Shown here: piece after piece, positions 14,041 through 26,847 of the stretch
Position numbering within the stretch: the stretch's first letter is position 1
Layout: each line of letters starts with the position of its first letter
From: Chiloscyllium plagiosum
Lineage: Eukaryota
NCBI RefSeq assembly: GCF_004010195.1
Contig: NC_057719.1
Location: 70,730,692 to 70,794,691 of the forward strand
Reading direction: 5' to 3'
DNA length: 64,000 bases
Position numbers and translations under genes: made by a program
The notes under the pieces: generated by a model
Told to the model about the DNA's origin: nothing
Seen by the model: only the letters and a program-made list of their open reading frames with translations
The model's database searches: none

Positions 14041-14225
14041 CAGTGTAACTCACACTTTCATTCACTGTACATAATCCTTTTTTATGTTTTATTTCCCTTT
14101 TTTGCAATCACCTGATGACAGTGGAATAATGAATCCCTACTCCATAATCTTTAGGCTGCACATATGTTCAAATCTCATGTTACAGCTGGAAGATCCCTGG
14201 ATCCCTGAGAATGTCAACCTACAGC

Positions 14226-16990
14226 TTTGATTTGATTTATTATGGATTGAGATACAGTGAAAAGGATTGTTCTGTATGCTAGTCGGATAAGTCATATCTA
14301 ATTACATCAGGGTGATAGAACAGAATGCAGAATATTGTGTTATAGCTGCAGAGAAGGTGCAGAGAAAGATCAACTCTAATAGATGGGAGGTCCATCCATA
14401 AGTCTGATCACAGTGGGGAAGAAGCTTTCTTAAGTCTGTTGGTTTCAAACTTTTATATCTTCTACCCAATGGAAGAAGGTGGAAGAGAATATATCAAGGT
14501 CTGAGGGGTCTTTGATTATATTGACTGCTTTCTCGAGGCAGCGGGAAGAAGGCTAGTTTTCATGATGGGCTGCGCTTTAATTTCTTTGTGTAATTTCTTG
14601 TGGTCCTGGGCAAAGCAGTTGCCATAGCAAGCTGTGATACATTAGAATAGCATGTTTTCTATGGTGCATCTATAAAAACTGTTAAGAGTCATTATGGGCA
14701 AGCCAAACTTTCTTAACCTTCTGAGGTGTTGGTGTTCTTTCTTGACTGTAGCATCAATGTGGATGGACCCAGGACTGATTGTTGGTAATGTTTACTCTCG
14801 GGAACTTGAAGCTCTCGACCATCTCCATCTCAGAACCATTAATACAGACAGGGGTATGTCCTCCACTCTGCTTCCTTAAGTCAATGACCAGATTGTTGTC
14901 TTTCCACCATGCAACTGTGCTGTCTATCATGTTTTTGTACTCTTGTCTTATCATTGTTTGAGATCCAGCCCACTATGGTTGTGGTATCAGTAAATTTGTA
15001 AATGTAATTGAAGCTGAATTTAGCCACAGTCATGTGTGTATGAGGAGTATAGCAAGGACTGAGTATGCAGCCTTGTCGGGAACCAGTGTTGAGGATTATT
15101 GTGGAGGAGGTGTTGTCACCCATCCTTACTGTTAGGTCTGTGGGTCAGGAAGTCGACAATCCAATTGCAGAGTCCCAAGTCTTGGATTTTGGAGATGAAA
15201 TTGTTTGGAATCATAGTGTTGAAGGTGAAGCCAAAGCCAATAAATAGAAGTCTGATGGAGGTGTCCATGTTATCCAGATATTCCAGGGATGAGTGTAGGG
15301 CCAGGGAGATGGCAGCTGCAGTAGACCTATTGTGACAGTAGGTGAAATATACTGGATCAAGGCAATCTGGGAAGATGGAGTTGATAGGTGCCATTACTAA
15401 CCTGTCAAAGTACTCCATAACGATAGATGTCAGAACCACCAGGTAGTTGTCATTAAGGCACATTGCCTGAGTTTTCTTTAGCACTGGGATGATTGTGGTC
15501 TTCTTGAAGCAGGTGGGAACATCACATTGGAGTAAGGAAAGATTAAAGATGCCTGCAAGTACTTATGCCAGCTGGTTCACACAGGATCTGAGGTTCATGA
15601 CCAGGGACTCCATCCGGGTCAGTCTCTTTCCATGGGTTCGCCCTCAAGAAGGCCAGTCAGATACCTGCGGCAGTGCCTGTGGGTGCACCCAACTGGTGTC
15701 ATTTCATGGAATTTATGTTCAAAATGAGCATAGAATGCATTGAGCTCATTGGGGAAGGATGCATTGTTGTCTGTGATTCCACCTGACTTTGCTTTGTAGC
15801 CCATTATATATTTAAGCCCTTCCCTGATGTCTTTGGGAAGGTCTATCCAGGTTTTCTGTATAGGTCCAGGTCACCTGACTTGAATGCCTCAGACTTGGAC
15901 TTCAGTAGGGATTGGATCTTCCAGTTCATCCCACTTTCCTGTTGGCGAATACTCAGATTAACTTCTTGGACATGCAGTCCTCTACATACTTACTGATGAA
16001 GTCTATTAGCAGTAGTGGCATACACATTTAATATGGCCACTGAGTTCATTATGGACCAGTCCACATGTAAGCAGTCACATAGGAGCTCATCCGTTACCTC
16101 AGACCAACATTGTACAACTTCCTGCAGTGGGTCCTCATATCTCAGTTCCTGCTTGTAAGCCGGGAGAAGGAGCACAGCCTGATGGTCGGATTTACCCAAA
16201 TGTGGCTGGGGGATGGAATAGTAGGCATCTTTGATGGTTGTGTAGCACTGACTCAGGGTGTTTGGGCCTCTGGTGGGACAGAAGGCGTGTTGGTGGTATC
16301 TTGGTACCATGCTCTTGTGATTGGTCTAGATGAAGTCACCAGCTGCAATGAACAAGGCCTCAGGGTATTTTGTCTCAAAGCTACTTGTAGTGGTGTATAT
16401 TTCATCAAGTGTGTTCTTCATTCTTGCATGGAATGGGAAATGAACTCCTCCGGCAGGTAGTAGGGCTGGCTGTTCACTGTTTGATACTCTAGGTCTGGGG
16501 TGCAGTAATTCTCCAGGGTCGCCATGTCTGAACACCAAGAGATCAGCAAGTAGATCCCTCTGCTCTTTGCCTTGCCCAAGGAGGCTGTGCGGTCTATCTG
16601 GAGGATTGAGAAGCCCTCAGGTTGTATGTCACAGTTGGGTGAAGCAGGAGTGAGCCATGTGTCTGTGAAACAAAGCACATAGAAGCCTCTCAATTTCCTT
16701 TGGTATGTGAGTCCAGTCTGTTTCCAATAGCTTGGATGTTTGCCAGGAGTATGCTGCAGAGGGGGGTGCTTGAAACCATGTTGTTTCAGTCTCACCTGCA
16801 GGCGAGCACATCTCCCAAGTTTCCTGGATAAGTGGCTGTTTCTGGTCAGGCCCGGGAGTCAGAGTGAATGGTCTGCCATTCCAGAAGGTAAGTGGTTGCA
16901 GCTAGTAGGGTCTCAGACACAGGTCAGGACCTCGGGTGCTCCAGGGGGCCTTGTCAGGCCTTCATGTCAGGTCTCCGCATAGTCAGGCAG
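14226..16990 (-). mobile_element. Rex1/Babar-type LINE, long decayed copy with APE endonuclease and RT
   Basis: VLCFTDTWL, FIAAGDF and PHLGKSDHQAVLLLPAYKQ (endonuclease). VLTSIVMEYFDRLV..CLDPVYFTY.HNRST..LHSSLEYLD..RLLFI..FNTMIP..LCNWIVDFLTHRP, YKFTDTTTIVG and VESFKF (RT). (TTTGA)n tail at 14226. Confidence 0.88.
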
Positions 16991-17279
16991 GGCATTGGGT
17001 TGACTGTCCAGAATCAGGTCACCAATTGACATCCAATCCGATTGATGCTCAGATGCGTAATTAGTGAGGTGAAAAGTGAAAAATTGTAAAAGAAAATTCA
17101 CCCTGGGCCATAGCACACCACCACACTTTAATTGCAAATGGGATAATTCAACTCTTTGTTGAAGAAAATCCTTTGTTACTTCACCAATATCTTCAAAGCA
17201 GGTATTCATCTCTTGGTATTCATGATCAGAATTTGGCCTTGGCTTTCAACAGGACAAGCAGACTAGTTCTAGTGAATTA

Positions 17280-17453
17280 TAGAGGAACCTCGATTATCCA
17301 AAGGACACAAGCGGGCAGTATTTTATTTGGTTAATCAAATTCCAGATAATTATATGCCGGATAAAATAGTTTAGCCGAGCATCGGGACCTTGCGATCTTG
17401 CCGGATAATCCGATATTCGGATAATTGAATGTTGAATAATTGAAGTTCCTCTG
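17280..17453. mobile_element. Tc1/Mariner-pogo (Tigger-like) MITE, 174 bp
   Basis: Terminal inverted repeats TAGAGGAACCTCGATTATCC and GAATAATTGAAGTTCCTCTG, flanked by TA and TG (degenerate TA TSD). Internal GGATAAT repeats; no ORF. Confidence 0.8.
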
Positions 17454-17454
17454 T

Positions 17455-17920
17455 GCTGCTCCAACAGCCACCTACACAGGTTTCCTGGGCCTTGCAATAA
17501 TGCCAACTCTATACGTTGAGGTAAAGTAGATAAATAATGGCAATTGCTCAGCCAATATGTATTTATTCTCATTATTTTGTGCCAATTGTCACAGATCAGA
17601 TGGAAATCAATCGAGAAGAATCCCATACTGTTCATGTTCCCTTTGGGAGCAATATCTGTATGGCTAAGTGCCATCCACAATGTACTGCAGTTTGGTGAAT
17701 GCAACAGACAGTACAAGGGTACGGCCCTGTCTTATTGTTACATGTTTTCCAAAGGGAATAGATGAGAAGAGCAGCCCAGACAACAAAGCATCTGTCCACT
17801 GCAGACTGGGATATTTGGCAGATACATATTGCTTAGAATTGCACAGTGGTGTAAACACTGAGAGCAGCAATGTTTTGACAGCCACTGACAGAGCTGTCAA
17901 AGCCCTGAAACTGCTATCTA
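17455..17920 (-). pseudogene. PIF/Harbinger (HARBI1-like) transposase remnant
   Basis: Across frames: TALSVAVK, ICQISQSAV, AFTKLQYIVDGT, NSMGFFSIDFHLICDNWHKIMRINTYWLSNCH and LCRWLLE. These match Harbinger LPVAVKV, GAIDxTH, NRKGFHSINVQLVCD, YPGSxHD and GWLLGD. Truncated by the MITE at 17453. Confidence 0.75.
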
Positions 17921-19187
17921 AATTTTGTCTGTATGAGTTTGGCGGTGGTCTTTGAAAATTTCTGCATGCAGCTACCAGAAAGAAATTATTTATTTTGTCA
18001 AGCCCATATGGAGTTCCTGGGCCCACAATTACTGGCAGTACACATTCAGATACAATTTTATGTATGGCAGCCTCTTAAGAAACCACCTTTGCATTGATCA
18101 CCCAGTTTAAAGCAGCAGTTGGACAAGGGAAGCTCTAGGCCCAAGGGATTTTTGGGGAGATGATCTGGGCAACTTACCACTGAAAGAGATGAGAAATGCT
18201 GGAGCAGAAGAGCACCAAAGGGTGCCTCAAAGTGGAAAATGCTTTTAGTTATTCTCAAGCCCCTGGCAGCCTTACAACTGCCTGACATAGCCATTTACTG
18301 AACCCTGCTTTGACCCACCAATATCCTGCATGAGCCACCTCCAAGGCGTTAGCAGTCTCCCTGCTCAGTTGGGAATCATTGTGACAGTAGGAAACTACCA
18401 TCCTCCTCTGAAAGTAGGTTTTACGTGGGCCAGAGTGGTGTGGGTACCGATCTTGTTTGCAGCCTGCCGACCAGAAATTCTCTGAGGTGGGAAGGCCTCA
18501 TTCCAACATGGCTTCTCCCTGTTTTCTCAGTTTTCACACCTCCAAGCCGTCTTTCAGAGCTGGGGAAAACAGCCACCAATGTCTCAGTGATGTAATGGAA
18601 AGTCAGATTGAAGTCCAAAGTGAAACTTGAAATTTGCAAGCAATAATTTTCACTCCTGATTTTCTAGGCTATGAGTAAAGAAATTTATAAATCAACAACA
18701 ATGAATAATTTTGAAAAACATTGTTATGAAATCTACTTCCTGGCAAATAGGTCTACTTTCAAAGAACAAAGAACAGATTTTTTTTCACAAAGGTATTAAT
18801 TTGCATTTATCTATTATTTGTTAAAGCCTATCTTGCCTTGGGTAGTTACATCCTTCACTGAAAGCAAAATGTTTCAAGTCAGCCTTCAGCAGTGATGCTT
18901 CATTTCCTTAATGGTCCCTTCTCTTTGAAATGCTTGTTTATTTAGTTTTAGAACAAAACTCCTCCAGCTAGTTGCACTACAGCATCAAATTGCAAAATCA
19001 ATGTTATGTAGTAGCTACCATTGGATCCAAAGATAAATACAGACTTCTAAATTAGTAAGAGGTTGTGTCTGAACAAGACTGTGTGCACCAGTTGGACATA
19101 AAACTCAGGTCTGTGTGCAGCTGCAGCTCAGACAGAGCAACTTATTATAACAAGCTAAGTTATTAAGATAGCTTAGATTTAATTTAC

Positions 19188-19308
19188 CATCTTCAAGATA
19201 AAACTTCTGTTGGTGAAGTAATTTATTCTGTTCTCTGTAGAGTGCTTGGATCTCATTTGTTAGCATGCTGTTCTTCTCAGCCACTGGGCTGCCATTCATC
19301 TCCAGTCT
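19188..19308 (-). CDS. Candidate internal coding exon of an unidentified host gene (121 nt, phase 0 to 1): RLEMNGSPVAEKNSMLTNEIQALYREQNKLLHQQKFYLED
   Basis: Acceptor TCCTATATTCCACAG| and donor ATG|GTAAAT. Only one of three frames is open. It lies in unique non-repeat sequence and the peptide looks helical or coiled-coil. Gene not recognised. Confidence 0.5.
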
Positions 19309-20289
19309 CTGTGGAATATAGGACCAGTACAGAATCTTAATCAGAATTGATTTAACTAAATCCAGGGTAAAGCATCAAAATTGGCACAATGACCTTATGA
19401 GAGTTACCTGTTCTGTTTACGTTAAGTATCAATCAGACTAAGTTAATTGTAAGTTTGTATACCTGATAAAGGGGTAAAGCACATAGGTTCAGAACATAAA
19501 ATGCATTGCGTTTTTTTGAATATTTCTAGTTTTTCCAGTCTCTTTTGAGTTATGCAGCATTTTAATTAGGGAAATTACCAGATAGATATCAATTTTCAGT
19601 TTGAGCAACTGTTAGAATGCATTCATTCCTTCTTATTTATGGAAGATAAAGCATTTTCCAACAAGTTTTGACTATGCCTCTACTTTAGCAATATGATAGT
19701 AATGAAGGTTGATAAGACAGAAACAGCTAACAATTTATTTTGCTGGTGAGTGCAATCAGGAAATTGCATCTAAAATACTCTTGGAATTGCTCTGGTTAGA
19801 TTGCACTTTACATTTCCAATAAAATTCATTTGCATAATCACAAATGTGAAAGTCTTGCATTAATTAGTGCAATTAGACAGTGTAATAAAATAGAGTATTT
19901 TTCCATTAATGAGTGCTCCGATATATTTAAAACTGGTAACCTGGTGCATTTTTATTAATCCAGATGAAAATGTGTTTATCAGGAAAAATAATCATCATTT
20001 ACAGTATCGGAATGTCCATTTATCCACCTCCTGAGTAATATGATTGAAAATCATTGGAAATAACTTAAAAATAACTACACCAAGCAATCTAATCAATTAT
20101 TTGGTATGCATGGGCTTTTTTTAATAAATATTTTTAGCATGACAAAACATGGAGCATGGTCAGCTATGTGGATGGAGCCGAATCCTGACAAGTTAGTGTC
20201 TAACATGGCACTTACTTTCATGCATAACGTTGCCCAAGTCATTCTGAATGCAAACATTTCCCAGCCTCTTAGCATTCAAAAAATATTTT

Positions 20290-21430
20290 GCATTGTTATT
20301 TTTCCTCCCAATGCAGATGACCCCACATTTCCCAATCTCGTCCATTTATAAGGTTCTTGCCCACTCACCCAACCTATCGTCCCTTCTGCAACTTCTTTTT
20401 ATCCTTCACTTACTTTTCTACCTGAATTTGTATCGCCACAAATTTGGATATGTTGCACTCAATCCACTCTTCAAGATTACAATATAGTTGACAAATAGCT
20501 GAGGCCCAAGATCATTAGATCATTGTGCTTTCTTACTAGTTAGAACTTAGCAACCAAAAGGTAGACTGTTTATTCCTACTGTTTTCTGCCCATTCCACAA
20601 TTCGTGCCAGTATGTTCCTTTCTTAACGTGAATCCCAGGTTTGTGCAATAACTTCTTATCGAATGTTCTTTTGATAATTCCAAATAGATTACATCTACTA
20701 AATTCTATTTATACATTGTATTAATCGTATTCTCAAAAAAAACTAATTGATTTATCAGATAAAACTTCCCTTGCACAAATTGATCTTGACTCTTTTTAGA
20801 TGTATTGTGATTTTCTAAATATCCTGTTACCATATCCCTAAGATTAGATTTGTGCATTTTGCCATTGCTGATTTCAGACTAATTGGCCTGTATTTCCTTT
20901 TTTTTCCCTCTTCCTCTTTTTTTCTCTTTCACCTCATCCTCCATTCCTTGGGATTTGTTCCAGGATCAAAGCAACTCTGGAAGACCAAAATCAATACATC
21001 TGCCATCTCTGCAGCTTGCTCTTTTAAAATCTTTGGATGCAGGTCATTAGATCCAAGGAATTTCTCACCACATAGGTCCCATTAATTTCTCCAATTCTAT
21101 GTCTTGATTTATACCTTTCTTTCTTTAAGTTCCTCATTCGAACTTGAGAACACAGATGTTTTTTTTTCATCTTCTAATGTGAAGACTGAACATACTTGTT
21201 TAATGTCTGTGCCATTATCCTATTCACCACTAGAACTTCACTTGTCTCTGTCTGTAATGGGTCCATATTTAGTTTTGCAAATTACTTTCCACTTACATAT
21301 CTATGGAAATGTTTACAGCTATTTGTATGCTTATGTAATCCCATTCTTATTTTCACTTTCCACAGCAACCTCTTCCTTCCTTTCTTGTTGAATTCTAGAT
21401 TTCTCTCCATCCTCAGGTTTACTGCCCCCT
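20290..21430 (-). mobile_element. Highly decayed CR1 LINE RT-region fragment
   Basis: Degenerate matches to CR1 RT blocks seen in younger copies here (e.g. CCACATTTCCC, GGATGCAGGTCATTAG.TCCA.GGAATTT, GTGAAGACTGA). Confidence 0.6.
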
Positions 21431-22312
21431 GTTTGAATACATCATAACCTTCTTCACCAAAGTGAAATACAGGAAATATAAATACCCAGCAGATCTGGCA
21501 TTATCGGTGGAGGGAGTAGCAAAGTATTCAACCCGATTTTCAAATGGCTACAGGGTCAGGATCCAGAGGGCTCAGAATTTAAAATTCTGGAGATTGTTTT
21601 GGGTTTCTTTTGCTTCCAGGAAAGTTTTGAATTTGCAAATGATAAGAGATTTTCAAATCAATCTGTTCAAGGAGGTTATTACACATCTCTGGAGGAGGTG
21701 GGATTGAAGCCAGGGTCTCCTGTCTCAGGGACATTTCGAATGCACGACAAGAGTGCCTTATGTTTGCAAAGGACTAAACTGTAGGCAGCAAATTGGGAAC
21801 ACGTGGGCAGCTTATTACTATTTAATGGCTCTTGAACTCTTTAGGAGTTTGTTAATGGGTCTATCCATTCAAAACTGGAATTTTCAATAGGCAGAATTTT
21901 ATACAGATCTGAACAATATGGGAACTCCAGTGAGACCTATCTCAATATCAGAAACAACTCATTTAATCATTTAAGCAAGTTCCAGACATGAGTGCAAGAT
22001 TCTCACCAGGGAGCAGTGCATTACCTATTATTGCTTGTTAATAACAAAATTAATTGCATGTCTTGCCTCCTGAATATGCAGCTTCCTATCCTACGACCCA
22101 TCACACCAAATTAGACACTGAGAATTCTCAATAGAAGTCAGAGTGGGTAGCTTGCAGCTTCAGCTCAGGACTGGCTGTGAAGAGAGTCCATGTTGCTCAG
22201 AATTAAACAGTATTTCAGGACTTAATCCATGGCCACCAGCTAGGCATACCTCTTATCAATCAGCATTGACATCCAAAATCCCAGGTTTGTGTAATAATAA
22301 CTTGTCTGGTAC

Positions 22313-22418
22313 ACGGGGAGGTGATGGCCGAGTGGTGTTATCATTGGATTATTAATCCAGAGACCCAGGTCATGTTCTGGAGAGCTCATTCCAATTCTAT
22401 CATGATCACTAATAGAAT
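22313..22418 (+). mobile_element. 5' part of tRNA-derived SINE (non-HE1 family), split by a CR1 insertion
   Basis: A-box-like TGGCCGAGTGG, then GTTATCATTGGATTATTAATCCAGAGACCCAGG, similar to the 58420-58760 copy. The 3' half resumes at 23084. Confidence 0.7.
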
Positions 22419-23083
22419 AGCGAGACCTAGGGGTTCAGGTTCGTAATTCTCTGACGTTTGCATCACATATAGACAGGGTGATTAAAAGGGCATTTGGCAC
22501 ATTTGCCTTCATTGCTTTGTCCTTTGAGTATAAGAGTTGGGAGGTCATGTTGAGATTGTATTGTGTTGTGTCCAGTTCTGGTTGCCCTGTCATTGGAAGG
22601 ATATTATGAAGCTGGAGAGGGTTCAGAAGAGATTTACCAGGATGTTTACATGTATGGAGGCTGAGATTTATTTTTTGACTGGAGCATAGGAGATTGAGAG
22701 ATGACTTTATAGAGGTTTATGAAATGATGAGGGGGATAGATAGAGTTAGAAGCAGTTGTCTTTACCCGAGGATGGGGGAATTTCAAGACTAGGGAGCACA
22801 CATTTACGGTGAGAGGTAAGAGAGTTAAAAAAGACAGGAGGGGAAAATTATTTACACAGAGGGTGGTTCGCGTGTGGAATAAACCTCCAGAGGAAGTGGT
22901 GAATGTGGGTACAGTTACAACATTTAAAAGACATTTGGATAAGTACATGAATAGGCAAGGTTTGGAGAGATATGGCCAGGAGCAGGCAGGTAGGACTAGT
23001 TTAGTTTAAGATTATGGTCAGCATGGACTGGTTGGATTGAAGACTCTGTTTTCGCACTGTATGACTGCATGACTCCATGACTA
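22419..23083 (+). mobile_element. CR1 LINE 3' portion inserted into a SINE
   Basis: ORF 22809-23009 reads RGKLFTQRVVRVWNKPPEEVV...TFKRHLDKYM. Ends in a (GACTCCAT/GACTGCAT)n tail. Confidence 0.88.
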
Positions 23084-23240
23084 TTGTCCTTTAGGGAAGG
23101 GAAATGCTGTCCTTATCTGGTCTGGCCTGGCTATGACTTCAGACCCACAGAAATGTGATTGACTTTTAACTGCCCTCTGGGCAATTACGGATGTGCAATG
23201 AATATTGGCCTAGTCAGTGACATCCACATTTTATGAATGC
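23084..23240 (+). mobile_element. 3' part of the same tRNA-derived SINE
   Basis: TGTCCTTTAGGGAAGG...TGGTCTGGCCT...AGACCCACAG..ATGTG.TTGACT...GGGCAATTA.GGATG...ATGAATG, matching 58610-58760. Confidence 0.75.
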
Positions 23241-24054
23241 ATTATGAAAAAAAAACCACTCAGTTTCTCAATGACAGCTCTGTGATCCATTTGCAGGCTG
23301 TTCAGGAAGGAGAGAATTGCATGACAGGTGCACTGACAACGAGCATTGAAAGGTTACTGGACATGGACAGACACCTAGCCTACGGATTAGATCAGGCTGC
23401 ATCTCAAGGCTACCCACTTACTCTGTTTCTGCTTGCTCACTTAGCACCTACCTGCATCGTCACAGCATCCCTGCCTCACTTTGCCTTGCTCTGCCTTTTC
23501 GCACAGATACATAGGCAGTTTGCCATGTGGTTGAGCAGTCCTCAGTCAAGCAGTCTGACTGTATGGCAGTGTGCTATTGGTGGACCATATGCCAACAACT
23601 TACCCACCAAATACACTGCATGGGCAGCAAGCAGGCAGCCAAGGCTCAAAGTCCTAGGGGAGTCGACCTCATCAAAGTCCATGGAGAAACCCATCAGTCA
23701 AGCAGTCCTGGCACAGTAGGTGAAGAACAGCCTCCCATGCCAGTCATGGGGATTGGTCATAGTGCAGCTTTGGTTTGTAGGGTTCTCCATTAAGGCGTTC
23801 TACCTCGGCAGTCCAGGGATTAGGTCATAGTCAGTCCTATCACTCCTAGTGGTCAGTCCCGGGGGTAGGACAAACACAGTTGGGAGATGAACAGGCATCA
23901 GTCAGAGTCTGGGAACTTCTCAGCTGGGGCTATCCAGTTTCAGCACTCGGGGAGGGGCGGTGAGGGAGGAGAACGTTCGGGTCTATTCAGACAAAGTAAA
24001 GAGGTGTGGATGTGACAAGGAGGGGCCGCTGTCACGGGGAGGAGGCTGAAGAGC

Positions 24055-24570
24055 CTATTTGTGGGGATTATTTAAGGAAAGCTATTATTTCATTACAAGC
24101 AGTTTGGAGAATGTTGACTAGGATGATCTTCACTACGGAAGGATTGTCTTGTAAACAAAGTCTAAACAGGTTGGGACTTTACTCACTAGAGTTTAGTGAA
24201 ATGAAAGGTGATCTAATGGAAAACGTTAAGATTCTTAAGGGGTTTGACAGGGTAAATGCTGAGAAGATGCTAACCCTCATGGGACATCATATCAGAATTA
24301 AGGGGTGCCAATTTAAAACTGAGATGAAGAGGAATTTCATCTTTCAAAAGGTTGAGAGTTTTTGGAACTCATTGACATAAAGCTGCAGGGCAGAATCCTC
24401 CTGTATATTTAAGGCTGAGGCAGATGGATCCTTGATCAGTGGGAGAATCAAGAGTTATGGGGAAAAGGCAGGAAAATGGATGTGAATACATTTCTGAACA
24501 GCTATGCTCTTGTTGAATAGCGGAACAGATGTGAAGGGCTGAATGGCCTCTTCCTGTTCCATCTCTTTAT
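24055..24570 (+). mobile_element. CR1 LINE 3' end
   Basis: LNRLGLYSLEFSEMKGDLMENVKILKGFDRV...KTEMKRNFIFQKVESFWNSL, followed by a GGGCTGAATGGCCT 3' UTR. Confidence 0.85.
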
Positions 24571-24779
24571 GGTCTAATGGTGATTGAGCGCTGCAAGCTG
24601 CAGGCTGGAGGAAGGGAGGATGGTAAAAGTGAAGGAGGGGATCTGTATTTGTAATGGAATCATTCACAGTAAAGCATGGACGGGCACAGGATCATGCAGA
24701 AGGGGGATGTGTCCATGTGCATGAGTACCTTGACCTCAAAAGACAATGTAAAGCCACTCCTAGCACGGTCACTTCATAT

Positions 24780-25100
24780 TAGATTAGATTACTTACAGTG
24801 TGGAAACAGGCCCTTCGGCCCAACAAGTCCACACCGACCCGCCGAAGCGCATCCCACCCATACCCCTACATTTACCCCTTACCTAACACTACGGGCAATT
24901 TAGCATGGCCAATTTACCTGACCTGCACATCTTTGGATTGTGGGAGGAAACCGGAGCACCCGGAGGAAACCCCGCAGACACGGGGAGAACGTGCAAACTC
25001 CACACAGTCAGTCGCCGGAGGCGGGAATTGAACCCGGGTCTCTGGCGCTATGAGGCAGCAGTGCTAACCACTGTGCCACCGTGCCGCCCACCGTGCCGCC
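24780..25100 (-). mobile_element. HE1-type tRNA-derived SINE, full length, young
   Basis: Minus strand GGGCGGCACGGTGGCACAGTGGTTAGCACTG (A box), GGTTCAATTCCC (B box), CR1-like 3' end GGGCCGAAGGGCCTGTTTCCACACTGT and (TAATC)n tail. Possible TSD CATAT at 24775-24779 and 25101-25105. Confidence 0.92.
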
Positions 25101-25949
25101 CATATGTCGGGTGTTGGTGGAGAACGGTGGGCATTTGCAAGTTCATGTACAGGGGATGCTGGAAATCTGGGGAAGTACAAATCTATGGAGTTGAGAGAGC
25201 TATCAGGAAGGGGTTCTGGATATTCAGTGTTGCACCAACACATACAGATGGAAGTGTCTTCACTGCTGCCTTCTATTGTGCTGGGAATGGAAGGTACATA
25301 ATGATGAAGAAGATGGCTGAGACTCTACCAAGAGTGGGGAGAGTTAGTGTCTTCACCTATGAGGGAGGGGGCTGCAGGACTCAACAATATGAAGCCTTTT
25401 AGATGGAAGCAACATTTCATACAAGATGCATGCAACCTACAGGACACAGACCTGTAGCATGTGTCATCCCTGGAGATCCTAAAGCATTGAATTCCTGTGT
25501 GTTGTACACTTCCCAGACACAGGCAATGCTGACCACTTAATTTGCACCAAAACATTTGGATACAAAAGCCAGGGAAAGAATTGAAACCTTTGACCATGAT
25601 TGGCAATAATGTCAGCAGAACACATTGGCCTGTGTACACCTTGGTCACCTTGCACAGTTACATTCAGGGCTACACAGAGACTCGAACAAATAGATGTAGT
25701 GCAAATCCAATCAAATTTAAGCATATGTATACAGTGCACTCTCAGCAAACTGCTCTCTAAAGCTTTTCTTTTCTTTCCCTCTTGCTTTGGTTAACTCTGG
25801 TTCTTTGGCTGTGCTGGAGGGGCTTGCTTGGTAATAGAGCCGGTAGGCCCTAAAGGTTTGATGGGCTATCCCTGGGAGCCCCAGACATGTCAAGGTTCTC
25901 CTTCCTAAAGGTAAGTGAATCTGTTTGGCTTCAACTTCCCAGGGTCAAG

Positions 25950-25953
<4 letters not shown>

Positions 25954-25985
<32 letters not shown>
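25954..25985. repeat. (TA)16 microsatellite
   Basis: Direct read. Confidence 0.97.
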
Positions 25986-25989
<4 letters not shown>

Positions 25990-26323
25990 GGGGGTGGGGT
26001 AAGATGTGGGGAGTGTGTAGGATAGAGGTGGAGGGCCCAGGCACATGTGGAGAGTCCTGAAGAATCATACTGAGCTCAGAACAATGCTTCAGATACTGCC
26101 AGATCTGCCTGGTTTTTGTTTTTGTTTTGATTTTTGCGAGATTTGTGTGTGGTTCCTTACCAGATGGGGTGCTTGCTCACACTGCCCTGGCTCTCCTCTT
26201 TGTGAGAAGAAGACATCTTGAGTCTATGCCAGGTTCTCGATCGCCATATCTTCGGTCCTGAGGACCAATGGCTGGAGTGTGTGCCTTTCAGAATGTGATA
26301 GGCCTGGCTCTGTATGGTAACCG

Positions 26324-26560
26324 AGAGAAAGCGAGAACTGCAGATGCTAGAGAGTCAAACTCGAAGAGCGTGGTGCTGGAAAAGTACAGCAGGTCAGGCA
26401 GTATCCAAGGAGCAGGAGAATCAACGTTCTGGCATAAGCCCTTCATCAGGTATTTTGGGGGTGTGGAGGATGGTGGTGGGGTGTAAAGAGGGCTGAGAGA
26501 TAAATAGGAGGATGGGAGTGTGGGTGGGGCTGGGGGGAAGGTAGCTGGAAAGTCAATAAG
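26324..26560 (-). mobile_element. Penelope-like element 3' fragment with degenerate hammerhead
   Basis: Same terminus as 43189-44406 plus the adjacent G-rich segment. Minus strand reads CUGAUGA-A-GGGC-UUAU-GCCA-GAACGUU. Confidence 0.8.
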
Positions 26561-26611
26561 TGGAACCAACAATCTGTCCATGGAGGCAGCCAAAACGTTA
26601 CATGCTTGAGG

Positions 26612-26847
26612 CAAAATCAACTAGGTAGAGGTGGGTACTGCAGATGCTGAAGATCCGAGTCAAGATTAGAGTGGTGCTGGAAAAGCACAGCAGGTCAGGC
26701 AGCATCCGAGGAGCAGGAAAATCGACATTTTGGACAAAGCCTTTCATCGGGCATTTCTGATGAAGGACTTTTGCCCAAAACGTCGATATTCCTGCTCCTT
26801 GGATGCTACCTGACCTGCTGTGCTTTTCCAGCACCACTCTAATCTTG
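26612..26847. mobile_element. Fold-back Penelope-derived insertion (inverted arms ~26659-26750 and 26757-26849)
   Basis: GTCAAGATTAGAGTGGTGCTGGAAAAGCACAGCAGG...CCTGCTGTGCTTTTCCAGCACCACTCTAATCTTGAC. Near-perfect TSD ACATGCTTGAGG (26600-26611) and ACATGCGTGAGG (26848-26859). Confidence 0.88.

Noticed and set aside
25020..25100. tRNA-like A and B boxes
   Set aside because: These are SINE heads joined to SINE body and tail, not tRNA genes. The same applies at 32017 and 58420.
24905..25402. 165-aa ORF and similar ORFs at 24798-25031 and 38336-38596
   Set aside because: Antisense reading of the HE1 SINE; not coding.
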